This document shows, piece by piece, positions 28,358-38,141 of a DNA stretch of 64,000 nucleotides (its first letter is position 1; every line of letters begins with the position of its first letter). The position numbers and the translations under genes are program-made. The stretch is taken from IMG/VR virus record IMGVR_UViG_3300028392_000034, positions 1-64,000 of that record; one strand, given 5' to 3'. The DNA comes from a virus. A model generated the notes under the pieces. It made no database searches, was not told where the DNA came from, and worked only from the letters and a program-made list of their open reading frames with translations.

Positions 28358-29777
28358 CGTCCAACGCTTATTCTTAGAAATGATGTTGCAGGACGCAGAA
28401 AGTTATGTTCGCGTTCAAAACATTTACAACCCAGAAAACTTTGACCGCAGTCTCAGGCCAGCAGCTGAGTTTATTGCCAAACACAGTGACCAACACAAGA
28501 CACTGCCCACAACGGAACAGATCAGTGCCAGCACCGGCGTTAAACTTAACAACATTCCTGATTTAAATGAAGGACATTTTGAATGGTTCATGGATGAGTT
28601 TGAAGGCTTTACTCGCAGACAAGAATTGGAACGAGCAATTTTAAAGAGTGCAGATTTGTTGGAAAAGGGCGAGTATGACCCTGTAGAGAAATTAATCAAA
28701 GATGCGGTACAGATATCACTTACTAAAGACATGGGCACGGATTACTTCAGTGATCCTAGTGCTCGTATTAACCGATACTTCAACTCAGGCGGGCAAGTAA
28801 GCACTGGCTGGCCACAGATGGACAAAATCTTGTATGGTGGATTTAGTCGCGGAGAACTAAATATTTTTGCTGGTGGATCTGGATCTGGTAAAAGTTTGGT
28901 CATGATGAACATAGCCCTGAGTTGGTTACAAGCCGGACTCAGTGGTGTGTATATCAGTTTAGAACTGAGCGAAGAATTGTGTGCATTAAGAACTGATGCC
29001 ATGCTGGCTGGAATGAGCACAAAAGAAATTCGCAAAGATATTGACCAGGCAACTCTTAAAGTCAAATTGATTTCAAAGAAAACCGGTCAATATCGTATTA
29101 AGGCATTGCCAGCACAAAGCAACATCAATGACATTCGTAGTTACATCAAAGAAGTTCAAGTGCAAACAGGAATCAAGATTGACTTTGTCATGTGTGATTA
29201 CTTGGACTTGTTAATGCCAGTCAGTGCCAAGGTCAGTCCAAACGATTTGTTTGTCAAAGACAAGTATGTTTCAGAAGAATTGCGTAACTTGGCCAAAGAA
29301 CTCAATGTGTTGTTTGTAACAGCATCGCAGTTGAATCGTAGTGCAGTGGAAGAGATTGAATTTGACCACAGTCACATTTCGGGTGGTATTTCAAAGATCA
29401 ATACTGCAGATAACGTGTTTGGTATCTTTACAAGTCGTGCTATGCGTGAACGTGGCAAGTATCAAATACAATGTATGAAATCGCGTAGTAGTACCGGTGT
29501 TGGTATGAAAATTGACTTGGATTATAACATTGAAACTATGCGTATCACTGATCCGGGCGAAGATGCAGGACCGGTTAATTCGTTTGCTAAAGGTAATCTA
29601 TTAGATAGTATCAAAGCCAAGAGCCAAGTCAAGTCTGCTGACTCCGGTAACGAAAGCACATCACCAAAGTGGGAACGTCCCACAGGAACTCCAGCTTGGG
29701 AACAAGAACCCAAGATAACTGCTGATGTGCAAAGTGCCAAACTAAAACAATTACTAGGACAGATTAAACAGTCATGA
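28335..29777 (+). CDS. Replicative DNA helicase (gp41/DnaB-like)
   Basis: GGSGSGKS, SLEL, DYLDL, TASQLNR, KSRSS; TTG start with AAGGA upstream. Confidence 0.92.
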   Translation: MLKDYGLDVQRLFLEMMLQDAESYVRVQNIYNPENFDRSLRPAAEFIAKHSDQHKTLPTTEQISASTGVKLNNIPDLNEGHFEWFMDEFEGFTRRQELERAILKSADLLEKGEYDPVEKLIKDAVQISLTKDMGTDYFSDPSARINRYFNSGGQVSTGWPQMDKILYGGFSRGELNIFAGGSGSGKSLVMMNIALSWLQAGLSGVYISLELSEELCALRTDAMLAGMSTKEIRKDIDQATLKVKLISKKTGQYRIKALPAQSNINDIRSYIKEVQVQTGIKIDFVMCDYLDLLMPVSAKVSPNDLFVKDKYVSEELRNLAKELNVLFVTASQLNRSAVEEIEFDHSHISGGISKINTADNVFGIFTSRAMRERGKYQIQCMKSRSSTGVGMKIDLDYNIETMRITDPGEDAGPVNSFAKGNLLDSIKAKSQVKSADSGNESTSPKWERPTGTPAWEQEPKITADVQSAKLKQLLGQIKQS

Positions 29778-30778
29778 TAGCCTATCAAGATATACAAGAT
29801 GTTCATCTTGAAATTTCTAGTTTATGTAATGCTAGTTGCCCGTTGTGTCCTAGGACGTTTTGGGGATATTCGTTCAACGCTGGATACCCAGAAACTAACT
29901 TAACATTAACACACGCTAAACAAATCTTTACTGAAGATTTTTTAACACAGTTGACCAGTATTCGAATCAATGGTAATTTTGGGGATATTGTAATGAATCC
30001 CGAAGGACCTGATATTGTTGAATATTTTATTAGTATTAATCCCAATTTAAAAATTACTATCAGCACCAATGGCGGAGCAAGAGATCAAACGTTCTGGACC
30101 AGGCTGGCAAAAAGCAGAGTCACAGTTTATTTTTGTTTAGACGGATTAGAAGATACCCATCACCTGTATAGGCAAAATACAGTATGGGCCACAGTTATAC
30201 GTAATGCACAAACATTTATAGCCGCCGGTGGTGATGCCATTTGGAAAATGATACCATTTGATCATAATCGTCACCAAATTGAGCAGTGCCGCGCACTTAG
30301 TAAAGAGCTTGGCTTTACACAATTTTTACTATCACCTGATAGTGGGCGTGACACCGGCCCGGTTTTTAATAATCACGGTGAACTCACACATGTAATAGGC
30401 AATTATACCGGAGAGAAAGATTTTGAAATATTATACCACGAGAAAAAAGCATATAAAATTCTACTAGAAGATATTCTTCCTGGGCGTATTCCTGCAAAAT
30501 CTTTAAATTGTGAGACTAAAAGACTAAAGAGTATCTACATTGCTGCTAACGGAGATGTAAGTCCTTGTTGTTATCTTGGGTTTTATCCAAAAACATATGG
30601 CGCTCATCGGTTTCATGAAGCCGCTAATGCTCAATTAATTCCATTGATTGCAAAAAATAATGCGTTAGAATACCCATTAGAAGAATGTATTGAGTGGTTT
30701 AAATCTGTCAAAAACGCCTGGGAAATTGATAATTATGAACAAGGGCGATTAGTAATTTGCGATGAGTCATGTGGATAA
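29774..30778 (+). CDS. Radical SAM protein with C-terminal SPASM/twitch domain
   Basis: CNASCPLC; STNG; C-terminal C..IYIAANGDVSPCC...CDESC; ATGA-coupled to helicase. Confidence 0.85.
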   Translation: MIAYQDIQDVHLEISSLCNASCPLCPRTFWGYSFNAGYPETNLTLTHAKQIFTEDFLTQLTSIRINGNFGDIVMNPEGPDIVEYFISINPNLKITISTNGGARDQTFWTRLAKSRVTVYFCLDGLEDTHHLYRQNTVWATVIRNAQTFIAAGGDAIWKMIPFDHNRHQIEQCRALSKELGFTQFLLSPDSGRDTGPVFNNHGELTHVIGNYTGEKDFEILYHEKKAYKILLEDILPGRIPAKSLNCETKRLKSIYIAANGDVSPCCYLGFYPKTYGAHRFHEAANAQLIPLIAKNNALEYPLEECIEWFKSVKNAWEIDNYEQGRLVICDESCG

Positions 30779-30811
30779 AAACAATAAATAATAAAAAGGT
30801 TCTGGCCCAAA

Positions 30812-31060
30812 ATGCAAAAGAAAACTCGCAGTTTATTAGAAGAATTAGACTCAATGTATATTGAGCGCGATCAGCGCCACATCATTGAAAACCGCGCATC
30901 TAACGTGATAGCCAGTGCTATACGCTTGTTGGAGCAAATTGACTCTACTTATAGCAGCGACGATGCTCAAAACCTACAGCGTAAATTGATCAATGCCATT
31001 AGCCAGCGTGATCCAGTAAAATTTACCCGCACTGTGAGACGCACCGATGCAAATTCATGA
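30812..31060 (+). CDS. Hypothetical late protein
   Basis: TAAATA upstream; 82 aa. Confidence 0.7.
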   Translation: MQKKTRSLLEELDSMYIERDQRHIIENRASNVIASAIRLLEQIDSTYSSDDAQNLQRKLINAISQRDPVKFTRTVRRTDANS

Positions 31061-32330
31061 AATAACTTTAATACAAGAAGGCCTAGGCGATATAGCTAGA
31101 ACAATAGGGTCAGACATTAAAAATGCTGTCAAGGCTCCGTTTGACAAGGCCAAAGTCGCTATGAACACGCCCAACTCATTTACCAGCGCAAGAGGATATC
31201 AAGATGCCAGAGACAAATATTATCAAGGGCTAGTAGGACAACAGCAACAAGCTAAACTAGGCACCTGGGCAAAACAACTGGCTGGCGAATGGTCGAAACA
31301 GTCTGGCCAAGCACCTGCGGCAACAGCACCTACATCAACACCAACCAAAACTCCGAGTTTTGGTCCTGCATATAAAAATGTAACAACTAACGCACCAGCA
31401 GGTATACCCAATCCAACTGCTAACACTGGATTACCACAACCAACTACAGCAACCAAGCCCACCGTTGTAGCCAAACCCACACCTACTACGGCACCAGTTA
31501 CAACGCCAGCTGTAGCAAAATCGCGCACCGGTGGAAAACAACCTGGTGTTATAAGTCAAACTCCTAACGCTATACGTCAACGCAATAGTCGTGCCCAAGC
31601 AACTGCACCAACAGGAAACTCATTTGGACAAATGGCTCAACAGTTGAGTGGTGCCAACAAATCTGTTTCCAGCACTGGCGGCACAACTACACAGATGCCA
31701 ACAGGACGATTCCATGCGGCCAAGCCACAAACCGCCCCTGCGGCAGTGCCGGCTACTACTGCGGCAAAGACAGCACCAAAATGGTTAACACCTACTACTA
31801 AAATTACCAAGTCGTCTCCAGGCTTGCCATCTGCGGACGAGTATGAAATATTACAACAACGAATCGCGGCCGCAGATGCCAAACAAAGAGGCACGACCAA
31901 CGAAGATAATTCTACTGTTCCTGGAGCTCCTGATGAAGCCAGTCAACGCAAGTATGCTCAAGACTTTAAAACCTGGGTGACATCAAAAGTTGCCGATAAA
32001 TCTTCCGGACTTGGATTAGCTGATGTAGAAAAAATGCCAGACATGAGTCAGAGTTTAGATCAAGCCTTGTCCAACGTTGTTACAACTCAACAAGACCCTA
32101 AAAACAATCAATTGGCAGTGGAAAAATATTTGATTCTGGTTGGTCAAGCCATGCAAAAATTGTCTGCCGAACAGCGAGCAAAAACACGACAACAAGGCGG
32201 CGGAAACAGAGTTTCTTCTCTTATTCCATTATCAAGAGTGTTGAATCCTGATCAAATTGAAACTCTTAAAACTATGGCCAAAGATCCAGCTGCTGCAAAC
32301 GAAATTAAAATAGCATTGGGATTAAGATGA
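31047..32330 (+). CDS. Putative internal head protein with a Thr/Pro/Ala-rich linker
   Basis: N-terminus MQIHEITLIQE|G; long low-complexity T/P/A region. Confidence 0.55.
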   Translation: MQIHEITLIQEGLGDIARTIGSDIKNAVKAPFDKAKVAMNTPNSFTSARGYQDARDKYYQGLVGQQQQAKLGTWAKQLAGEWSKQSGQAPAATAPTSTPTKTPSFGPAYKNVTTNAPAGIPNPTANTGLPQPTTATKPTVVAKPTPTTAPVTTPAVAKSRTGGKQPGVISQTPNAIRQRNSRAQATAPTGNSFGQMAQQLSGANKSVSSTGGTTTQMPTGRFHAAKPQTAPAAVPATTAAKTAPKWLTPTTKITKSSPGLPSADEYEILQQRIAAADAKQRGTTNEDNSTVPGAPDEASQRKYAQDFKTWVTSKVADKSSGLGLADVEKMPDMSQSLDQALSNVVTTQQDPKNNQLAVEKYLILVGQAMQKLSAEQRAKTRQQGGGNRVSSLIPLSRVLNPDQIETLKTMAKDPAAANEIKIALGLR

Positions 32331-34252
32331 TACAATCTTTACAAGAAGGCGGCAATGTATTCAAGAACGCCAAAGGGCAGGCAGTAACACAGCGCATCAA
32401 TCAAACGGATGTTCGGCCTACTCTGGCCTGGTTGGAAGAGCTTCTGCCTGGTCTAGATTTACAAAGCAATACACTGGGATCCACCGGTATCAAAGATACG
32501 TCGGGCGATTTAGACATTGCTGTAGATGCCAATACCGTTACCAAAGAACAACTAGAAGCCAGACTCAAGCAGTGGGCTGCCAGCCACGGATTTAAACCCG
32601 AAGACTATGTTAAAAAGTCCGGAACAGCGGTACATTTTCTTACACCCATCGTTGGAAATCCTGCTAATGGCTATGTTCAAACAGATTTTATGTTGTTGAA
32701 GAATGTACCTTGGTCAAAATTTGTGTTGGGTGCAATGCCAGCTGATAGCAAATACAAAGGACGTGAACGTAATGTGTTAATGAACAGCTTGGCAAAAAGC
32801 ATGGGCTATAAATTAAATCAAATTGGCGGTATTGCTGATCGCAACACCAACGAAATTATTTCAGACGATCCAGATCAAGTGGCCAAAATGTTGTTGAACA
32901 AATCAGCCACACGTCAAGATTTAGCGTCGGTAGAAAACATATTACAAGCTCTCAGCACAGATCCTCAACGTGAAGCCAAACTAGCTGACTTCCGTCAGCA
33001 CATGGAACGTGAAGGTTTACCATTTTTAGAAAGTGCTGAATTTTACAAGCCAGTTTCGGATGTTCACTTTCTAGCACGTCTGCGTGACCGTATTGTAAAC
33101 CAAGGTATGCAGGTCATTGTGGAAGCCGAAGTGCAAGGCGGCCGCGCCAAAGGTATTGAGCATTTGGAAGACTATGTGTTCCGTAACGGCAGTGACGGTA
33201 TTAAAAAAGCCATGGACATTGTAAAACACACAGCCGCTGACACAGGTAAAACTACCACAGTCAAATGGGACGGTAAGCCAGCATTGATATTTGGTCGTGA
33301 TGCCAACGGAACATTTATTCTAACTGATGTTTCTGGATTCACAGCCAAAGGCTATAACGGCTTGTTTACAAGTCCTCGACAAGTTACACAACATTTAGCC
33401 GCCAGAGACGCTGATGCTGCGGCGTTGGGCAAACCTGCTACTCGTGTGCAGGATCTTGCACCAATTTATAACAAACTGTGGGGTATGTTAGATGCCGCAG
33501 TACCACCAAACTATCGAGGATTTGTGCAAGGCGACCTGTTGTATATGGATACCCCTCCATTGGAAGCCGGCAACTATGTGTTTACACCCAACACCATAGA
33601 ATACAAAATTCCAGCCAACAGTGATGTGGGCAAGCGCATTGGCGCCAGCGAAGTTGGCATTGCCATGCACACTAGATATGCCGAACCAGGTGCCGCCAAA
33701 GAACCCATTGGTACAGTTAAATTTAAACCAGTTTCTGGATTACTTTTATTAGAGCCAGTGTATGCCAAAGAAAATGTCAAACCCGATCGAGAATTAACGC
33801 AACAGCTGAGAACAGTTTACAGTAGTCAAGGAGCTGCAATTGACCAACTGTTTAATCCTGCTGAACTTCGTGCGCTACAGATCACTGACTTGCCCAAGTT
33901 ATGTATAGACTATATCAACAGTCGTGTGGGTGTTGGATTTGATAACTTAGTAGCTGATTTTGGCCCTTGGTTACAACAACGTGTTACACCTAAAAAGTTT
34001 CGAAATATTGTAGAATACTTACAAAGTCCACGTAGCAACCTGTCGGGTATGGCCGCGGCATTCACGGCTTGGGGACTACTACACGATATCAAAATGGATG
34101 TGCTACAACAATTGGATCTACAGCATCCAGGGCAAGAAGGTTGGGTTATGGCCACTCCGGCTGGTATGGCCAAGGCTGTGAATCGTCTCGCCGGTGGATT
34201 CACCGCGGCAAATCGTCAAATAAACAACCCAGAATCTGTGCCTAACTCCTAA
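32327..34252 (+). CDS. Pol-beta-type nucleotidyltransferase fused to an ATP-dependent ligase-like (DUF6267-like) domain
   Basis: LGSTG..SGDLDIAVD; then EHLED, TVKWDG (motif I), FVQGD (III), EGWV (IV), K (V). Confidence 0.65.
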   Translation: MIQSLQEGGNVFKNAKGQAVTQRINQTDVRPTLAWLEELLPGLDLQSNTLGSTGIKDTSGDLDIAVDANTVTKEQLEARLKQWAASHGFKPEDYVKKSGTAVHFLTPIVGNPANGYVQTDFMLLKNVPWSKFVLGAMPADSKYKGRERNVLMNSLAKSMGYKLNQIGGIADRNTNEIISDDPDQVAKMLLNKSATRQDLASVENILQALSTDPQREAKLADFRQHMEREGLPFLESAEFYKPVSDVHFLARLRDRIVNQGMQVIVEAEVQGGRAKGIEHLEDYVFRNGSDGIKKAMDIVKHTAADTGKTTTVKWDGKPALIFGRDANGTFILTDVSGFTAKGYNGLFTSPRQVTQHLAARDADAAALGKPATRVQDLAPIYNKLWGMLDAAVPPNYRGFVQGDLLYMDTPPLEAGNYVFTPNTIEYKIPANSDVGKRIGASEVGIAMHTRYAEPGAAKEPIGTVKFKPVSGLLLLEPVYAKENVKPDRELTQQLRTVYSSQGAAIDQLFNPAELRALQITDLPKLCIDYINSRVGVGFDNLVADFGPWLQQRVTPKKFRNIVEYLQSPRSNLSGMAAAFTAWGLLHDIKMDVLQQLDLQHPGQEGWVMATPAGMAKAVNRLAGGFTAANRQINNPESVPNS

Positions 34253-34315
34253 TTTTTGCCAAAAGGTATAAATAAAAGTAGGCCCACAGTGGCCATATAC
34301 TAAGGAGATTTAAAA

Positions 34316-34717
34316 ATGGCTTATATTACTAAAGTTTCTGGTGGTTCACAACCAGTATTTGCAACTGACGTATTGAATGGTAACGTTGCTCCAACAGCAG
34401 CAATGAACGTTCAAGGTCCAATTCAAGTAGCAGGTCCAAAGTTAGACTTTTTCAGCGTAACAGCTAACGGTAACGTGTCGCTTCAAGGCGCTGTTAATGG
34501 TTATGTTGCTAACGTGTTGCAAGCAGTTCAACAAACAGCTACAGTTTCTATGTACCAAGTGGCTGCTAACGGCACCACAATCAGTTTTGGTGTTTACCCA
34601 GCTGGTGCATACACTAGTGCTACATTTGTTGCCGCTGTTCAAACAGCCAATACAACAACCATTGGTGTTCCAACAGGAAACGTTTCTACTACAGCTTCGT
34701 TTACAAACCTTGCATAA
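34316..34717 (+). CDS. Probably highly expressed small virion protein (possible capsid decoration)
   Basis: TATAAATA late promoter, TAAGGAG SD, strongly biased codons, own terminator. Confidence 0.6.
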   Translation: MAYITKVSGGSQPVFATDVLNGNVAPTAAMNVQGPIQVAGPKLDFFSVTANGNVSLQGAVNGYVANVLQAVQQTATVSMYQVAANGTTISFGVYPAGAYTSATFVAAVQTANTTTIGVPTGNVSTTASFTNLA

Positions 34718-34739
34718 TTAAGTTTTTGCATAAAACATC

Positions 34740-34762
34740 AAACCTGCTGAGGCAGGTTTTTT
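34740..34762 (+). terminator. Intrinsic terminator
   Basis: AAACCTGC-TGAG-GCAGGTTT followed by a T run. Confidence 0.85.
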
Positions 34763-34862
34763 GTTGACTGAATTTTACAGGTATAAGTAATTGTGCTCGT
34801 GTAGCAATCTTGTCCTGCATAGGGCGGGACCGGAACGACACACACATACACAGGAGAAAAAC

Positions 34863-35090
34863 ATGAGCAAAACACCTTACGAGATTCGTCTCGAACTTTT
34901 ACATCTGGCCAAGGAAATACTTCAAACGCCAGTGCATGACAAGCGCAGTAGCCTAAGCGATGAATATCATTCCAAGCTGAATGATGCTAATCGTGGAACT
35001 CTTCCGTATCCAACCATGCCTGATTTTCCAAGTACCACAGACATTGTGGTCAAGGCTGAAGAACTCAAAAAGTTTGTAGACGCAGCGTAA
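34863..35090 (+). CDS. Small protein of a T4-like-phage family (YEIRLELL...P...IV.KA..L..FV)
   Basis: AGGAG SD; start corrected from 34791. Confidence 0.75.
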   Translation: MSKTPYEIRLELLHLAKEILQTPVHDKRSSLSDEYHSKLNDANRGTLPYPTMPDFPSTTDIVVKAEELKKFVDAA

Positions 35091-35093
35091 TTG

Positions 35094-35117
35094 AAAAGCA
35101 CCTTCGGGTGCTTTTTT
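35094..35117 (+). terminator. Intrinsic terminator with C(UUCG)G tetraloop
   Basis: AAAAGCACC-TTCG-GGTGCTTTTTT. Confidence 0.9.
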
Positions 35118-35163
35118 GTTGACTTTAATATGGGTCTTGCAACAACGACTTAAATACTAGATC

Positions 35164-35418
35164 ATGATGGTCAGCAAAATAACAGAATTAACAGTGTTTG
35201 AAAGTCCAGATGGCGGGCGAACAGTATATGCTCGCAGCCCTGGCGCAACCAAACGAGAACTACATTGGCAAGATCCTAAACTACAACAAGAACTCAAAGA
35301 CTTAGAAAAATCAAAACGTTGGGTTGAAATTTTTCAAGCTCGCCGCGATGACCCAGAACTTGATCACTTGTGTGAACAAGTAGAAATACTCTATGAACTA
35401 AGCAGGCGCCCTGAATGA
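35164..35418 (+). CDS. Hypothetical protein
   Basis: TAAATA upstream; FESPDGGRTVYAR motif. Confidence 0.7.
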   Translation: MMVSKITELTVFESPDGGRTVYARSPGATKRELHWQDPKLQQELKDLEKSKRWVEIFQARRDDPELDHLCEQVEILYELSRRPE

Positions 35419-35843
35419 AATTTGCCTGCCAAACCCTGTTTGATATTACAGCCACCGGAGTAACCGGTCACTGTAAACAAAGCCGAATGCCATTTCATGA
35501 CCATGCTGGACAACTAATACACGATTCTGAATCTTGGAATCGCAGTCGCAACCAACAACGCAATTGGGAAACAATTACACAAATTTTAAGTCTACGTACC
35601 CAGTTGTTTGCGTTGACTGATCCTATACCAGATCAAACAGGCACACGTTGGATGTTTGAATTTGAAACAGAATCCGCCGGCATTTACGGCCCAGAATCAG
35701 ACCCTGTATCAGTGCTACGTGCTGATGCAGCGGGTGTGCCTATGTTGCGTGAGCTTGATAACGACCCAGACATTGACACTGCATTGATCACTGAAGGGGA
35801 CAGACAGAATATTTGGTTTGCACCCATTTCCATAAATACTTGA
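35415..35843 (+). CDS. Hypothetical protein
   Basis: 142 aa, ATGA-coupled. Confidence 0.7.
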   Translation: MKFACQTLFDITATGVTGHCKQSRMPFHDHAGQLIHDSESWNRSRNQQRNWETITQILSLRTQLFALTDPIPDQTGTRWMFEFETESAGIYGPESDPVSVLRADAAGVPMLRELDNDPDIDTALITEGDRQNIWFAPISINT

Positions 35844-35855
35844 TGGAGATTAATC

Positions 35856-36119
35856 ATGGTTGAGCCAACTGATATTGAAAAGAAAAGCCTGGAAGCACAC
35901 GTAGAACTATGTGCCGAACGCTACAATGCATTAGAAGACAAAATGACTGCCATGAGTGTTAGCATTGCACATCTGTGCGATATGGTTGCAGAAGTTAAAG
36001 ACAATGTAAGCCAAATGAACAATCAACGAAATACTCAACTGATCAATTGGGCAGTGGGTTCTATTGGAGTATTGACAGCAGCATTGGGCTACATGATCTC
36101 TCACTACATCATTAAATGA
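35856..36119 (+). CDS. Coiled-coil protein with a C-terminal transmembrane helix
   Basis: Late promoter and GGAG SD; hydrophobic LINWAVGSIGVLTAALGYMI. Confidence 0.65.
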   Translation: MVEPTDIEKKSLEAHVELCAERYNALEDKMTAMSVSIAHLCDMVAEVKDNVSQMNNQRNTQLINWAVGSIGVLTAALGYMISHYIIK

Positions 36120-36610
36120 AACCAGACCAAGAATTTGAACGCATGTTCCGCCAGGAATTTAAAAATGTTGCACCCAATTTGATCTGGGTCAGTGATGATG
36201 GATACGAAGTATTTGGGCACTATCGAATACAGCCTGTATCACCAGGTTATCAAGTTGTTTGTGGCATTACAGAAGTGGGCACGTTCAGCAGCACACGCAC
36301 AGCACTCAGCTGGTGCATAGCCGATAAAAATCATGGTTATAACACAGCCCGAGAAATACTAAGAACCGATAATAAATTAACAGCACTTAAAAACGACATT
36401 AATACCAGAGCAGCAATTGGTGATCGTAGCCGAGATCCTAATTTACGAGAAATTATTCTAACCAAGCTGGAAAGCAAAATCATACAAAAGAAATTGCTGG
36501 AAAATCAGTTAAACAAATATGTAAACTGGGCTAAATATATACAATTAAGAGGATTCAATAATGAAACTGCAAGAACTGGCCGTAGCCAACCCAATACAAC
36601 AAGCCGCTAA
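36116..36610 (+). CDS. Hypothetical protein
   Basis: 164 aa, ATGA-coupled. Confidence 0.65.
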   Translation: MKPDQEFERMFRQEFKNVAPNLIWVSDDGYEVFGHYRIQPVSPGYQVVCGITEVGTFSSTRTALSWCIADKNHGYNTAREILRTDNKLTALKNDINTRAAIGDRSRDPNLREIILTKLESKIIQKKLLENQLNKYVNWAKYIQLRGFNNETARTGRSQPNTTSR

Positions 36611-37751
36611 GGTTTTTGAAAGCTATTTTGGCAACCGTGTTGATTTCAACACAGTATCAAAAGGCCAAGCACGAAACATGCTCAAGCGTGTGCGTGGCTT
36701 AATTGCTGAACATCGTCGCACTCCAGAATTTCACTACAGTGAGCGAAATCCATCATACTTGAAATTGGTCATGATGGAACAGGCTCTGGCCGCGGCCGCA
36801 ACTACTCCAGGCGCCGCTCCTGCTGCAAATCCTCAGGCACAAGCTGGAATGCAAGCCGCACAGATCCAGCAAAAGAAAAAGCAAATTCAAGATGCTATCA
36901 AAGCCAAGCAAGGCGAGATTGCTCAATTGCAAAAGCAAATGAATGATCCAACCATGATGGCCATGGCCGAAGCTCAACTTGATGAACTAAGTCCGGCAAC
37001 ATTGACTAGTTATGCCGGTAAGAGAGCAGGTCAAGGAACATGGGCAGGTGGTGTTGCTAAAGGATTAGCAGGACGTCCTGCTGAAAGAGATGGTTACGCA
37101 GATAGTCATTGGACTGACCCTAAAGTAAATTACGGCCCTGAAGGTGAAAAATATGCCAAGTTCAATCAAAAGGCTTTGGGCAATATAAAGAAAGCACATG
37201 CTAAAGGTGCAACTCCTAACAATCAATCTTACGATTGGGGAAAAGAAGGTGGCTACGGTGATGCAAGTAATCCTGTAACTAGAAAAAAGGGCGTAGCAGA
37301 AGGCAGTCGTGCTCGTCGTTTGCGTGAAGCCAGTGAAATTCAACAAGCTCAAGTTGTGTTGGCAAGCCAAGACATGGTAGACCAAGTTCAAAAGATGAGT
37401 GAGCAAGTGTCTGCTATGCAGTTTAAAGATTTGCCAGCCCTGTTGGATCAAATTAGAAATGAAGTCGGGGTCGATCAAGCTACACAATACAATGCTGATG
37501 CCAGTGCTGCATTGAGTGGCCTATTAGGAAACTTGCAAGGTGCTAAACAACAGTTGGAAGCCGCACTGGGTGTAATCACTGGACAAGCACCACAAGTTCC
37601 TGGTGCCGAAATAGGTGCCGCTCCAGACATGGGTGCTGACATGGGTGCTGAACTTCCTGCCCCGGGCGAAGAAGTTGCAGACTTAGATGCCGCTGGTGCA
37701 GACTTGGATGCTGCCGCACAAGCAGCCGGTTTAGGCCGTGAACGCAGATAA
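36561..37751 (+). CDS. Putative prohead core/scaffold-type protein with an inserted module
   Basis: Late promoter; MKLQEL N-terminus; coiled coils; LDE|LSPATLTSY...GVAE|G module; ends GRERR. Confidence 0.55.
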   Translation: MKLQELAVANPIQQAAKVFESYFGNRVDFNTVSKGQARNMLKRVRGLIAEHRRTPEFHYSERNPSYLKLVMMEQALAAAATTPGAAPAANPQAQAGMQAAQIQQKKKQIQDAIKAKQGEIAQLQKQMNDPTMMAMAEAQLDELSPATLTSYAGKRAGQGTWAGGVAKGLAGRPAERDGYADSHWTDPKVNYGPEGEKYAKFNQKALGNIKKAHAKGATPNNQSYDWGKEGGYGDASNPVTRKKGVAEGSRARRLREASEIQQAQVVLASQDMVDQVQKMSEQVSAMQFKDLPALLDQIRNEVGVDQATQYNADASAALSGLLGNLQGAKQQLEAALGVITGQAPQVPGAEIGAAPDMGADMGAELPAPGEEVADLDAAGADLDAAAQAAGLGRERR

Positions 37752-38086
37752 TGTTAATTCGAGAAGTTGCAGATCCCAACACACAACGACTGGCTGCATT
37801 AAGCCAGTTTTTGCTTGGACGGAGTGAAGATGAAGCCGCCGCAAAACAAATTAGTCAACAGGCTTTTATCGACGCTGCAAAAAGTTTAGGTGTTAATGTT
37901 ACTTCGGCCAACCTAGGCGATTTGATTAGTAAAGAACCTTTAAGCAATATATTAGAACCGCTTGAACCCAATTCGGGTGTGGTTCGTTTCAAAGGCAATA
38001 CCGAAGCCGAAACCGGTATGAGCGTGGACCAAGCTCGAGCCGTGGTAGACAGCAATGCCAAAGCGGCATTAAAACGTCGCCAGTAA
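37751..38086 (+). CDS. Hypothetical, probably a head protein
   Basis: MLIREV N-terminus; coupled to the upstream gene. Confidence 0.6.
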   Translation: MLIREVADPNTQRLAALSQFLLGRSEDEAAAKQISQQAFIDAAKSLGVNVTSANLGDLISKEPLSNILEPLEPNSGVVRFKGNTEAETGMSVDQARAVVDSNAKAALKRRQ

Positions 38087-38141
38087 ACACATTAGTCGTA
38101 AATATCTAACATCATCTGATTATTAGATGATGCACTATACT

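Noticed and set aside
37615-37720. Short tandem repeats (GACATGGGTGCT x2; ADLDAA x2)
   Set aside because: These are low-complexity coding linker duplications with no sign of independent function.
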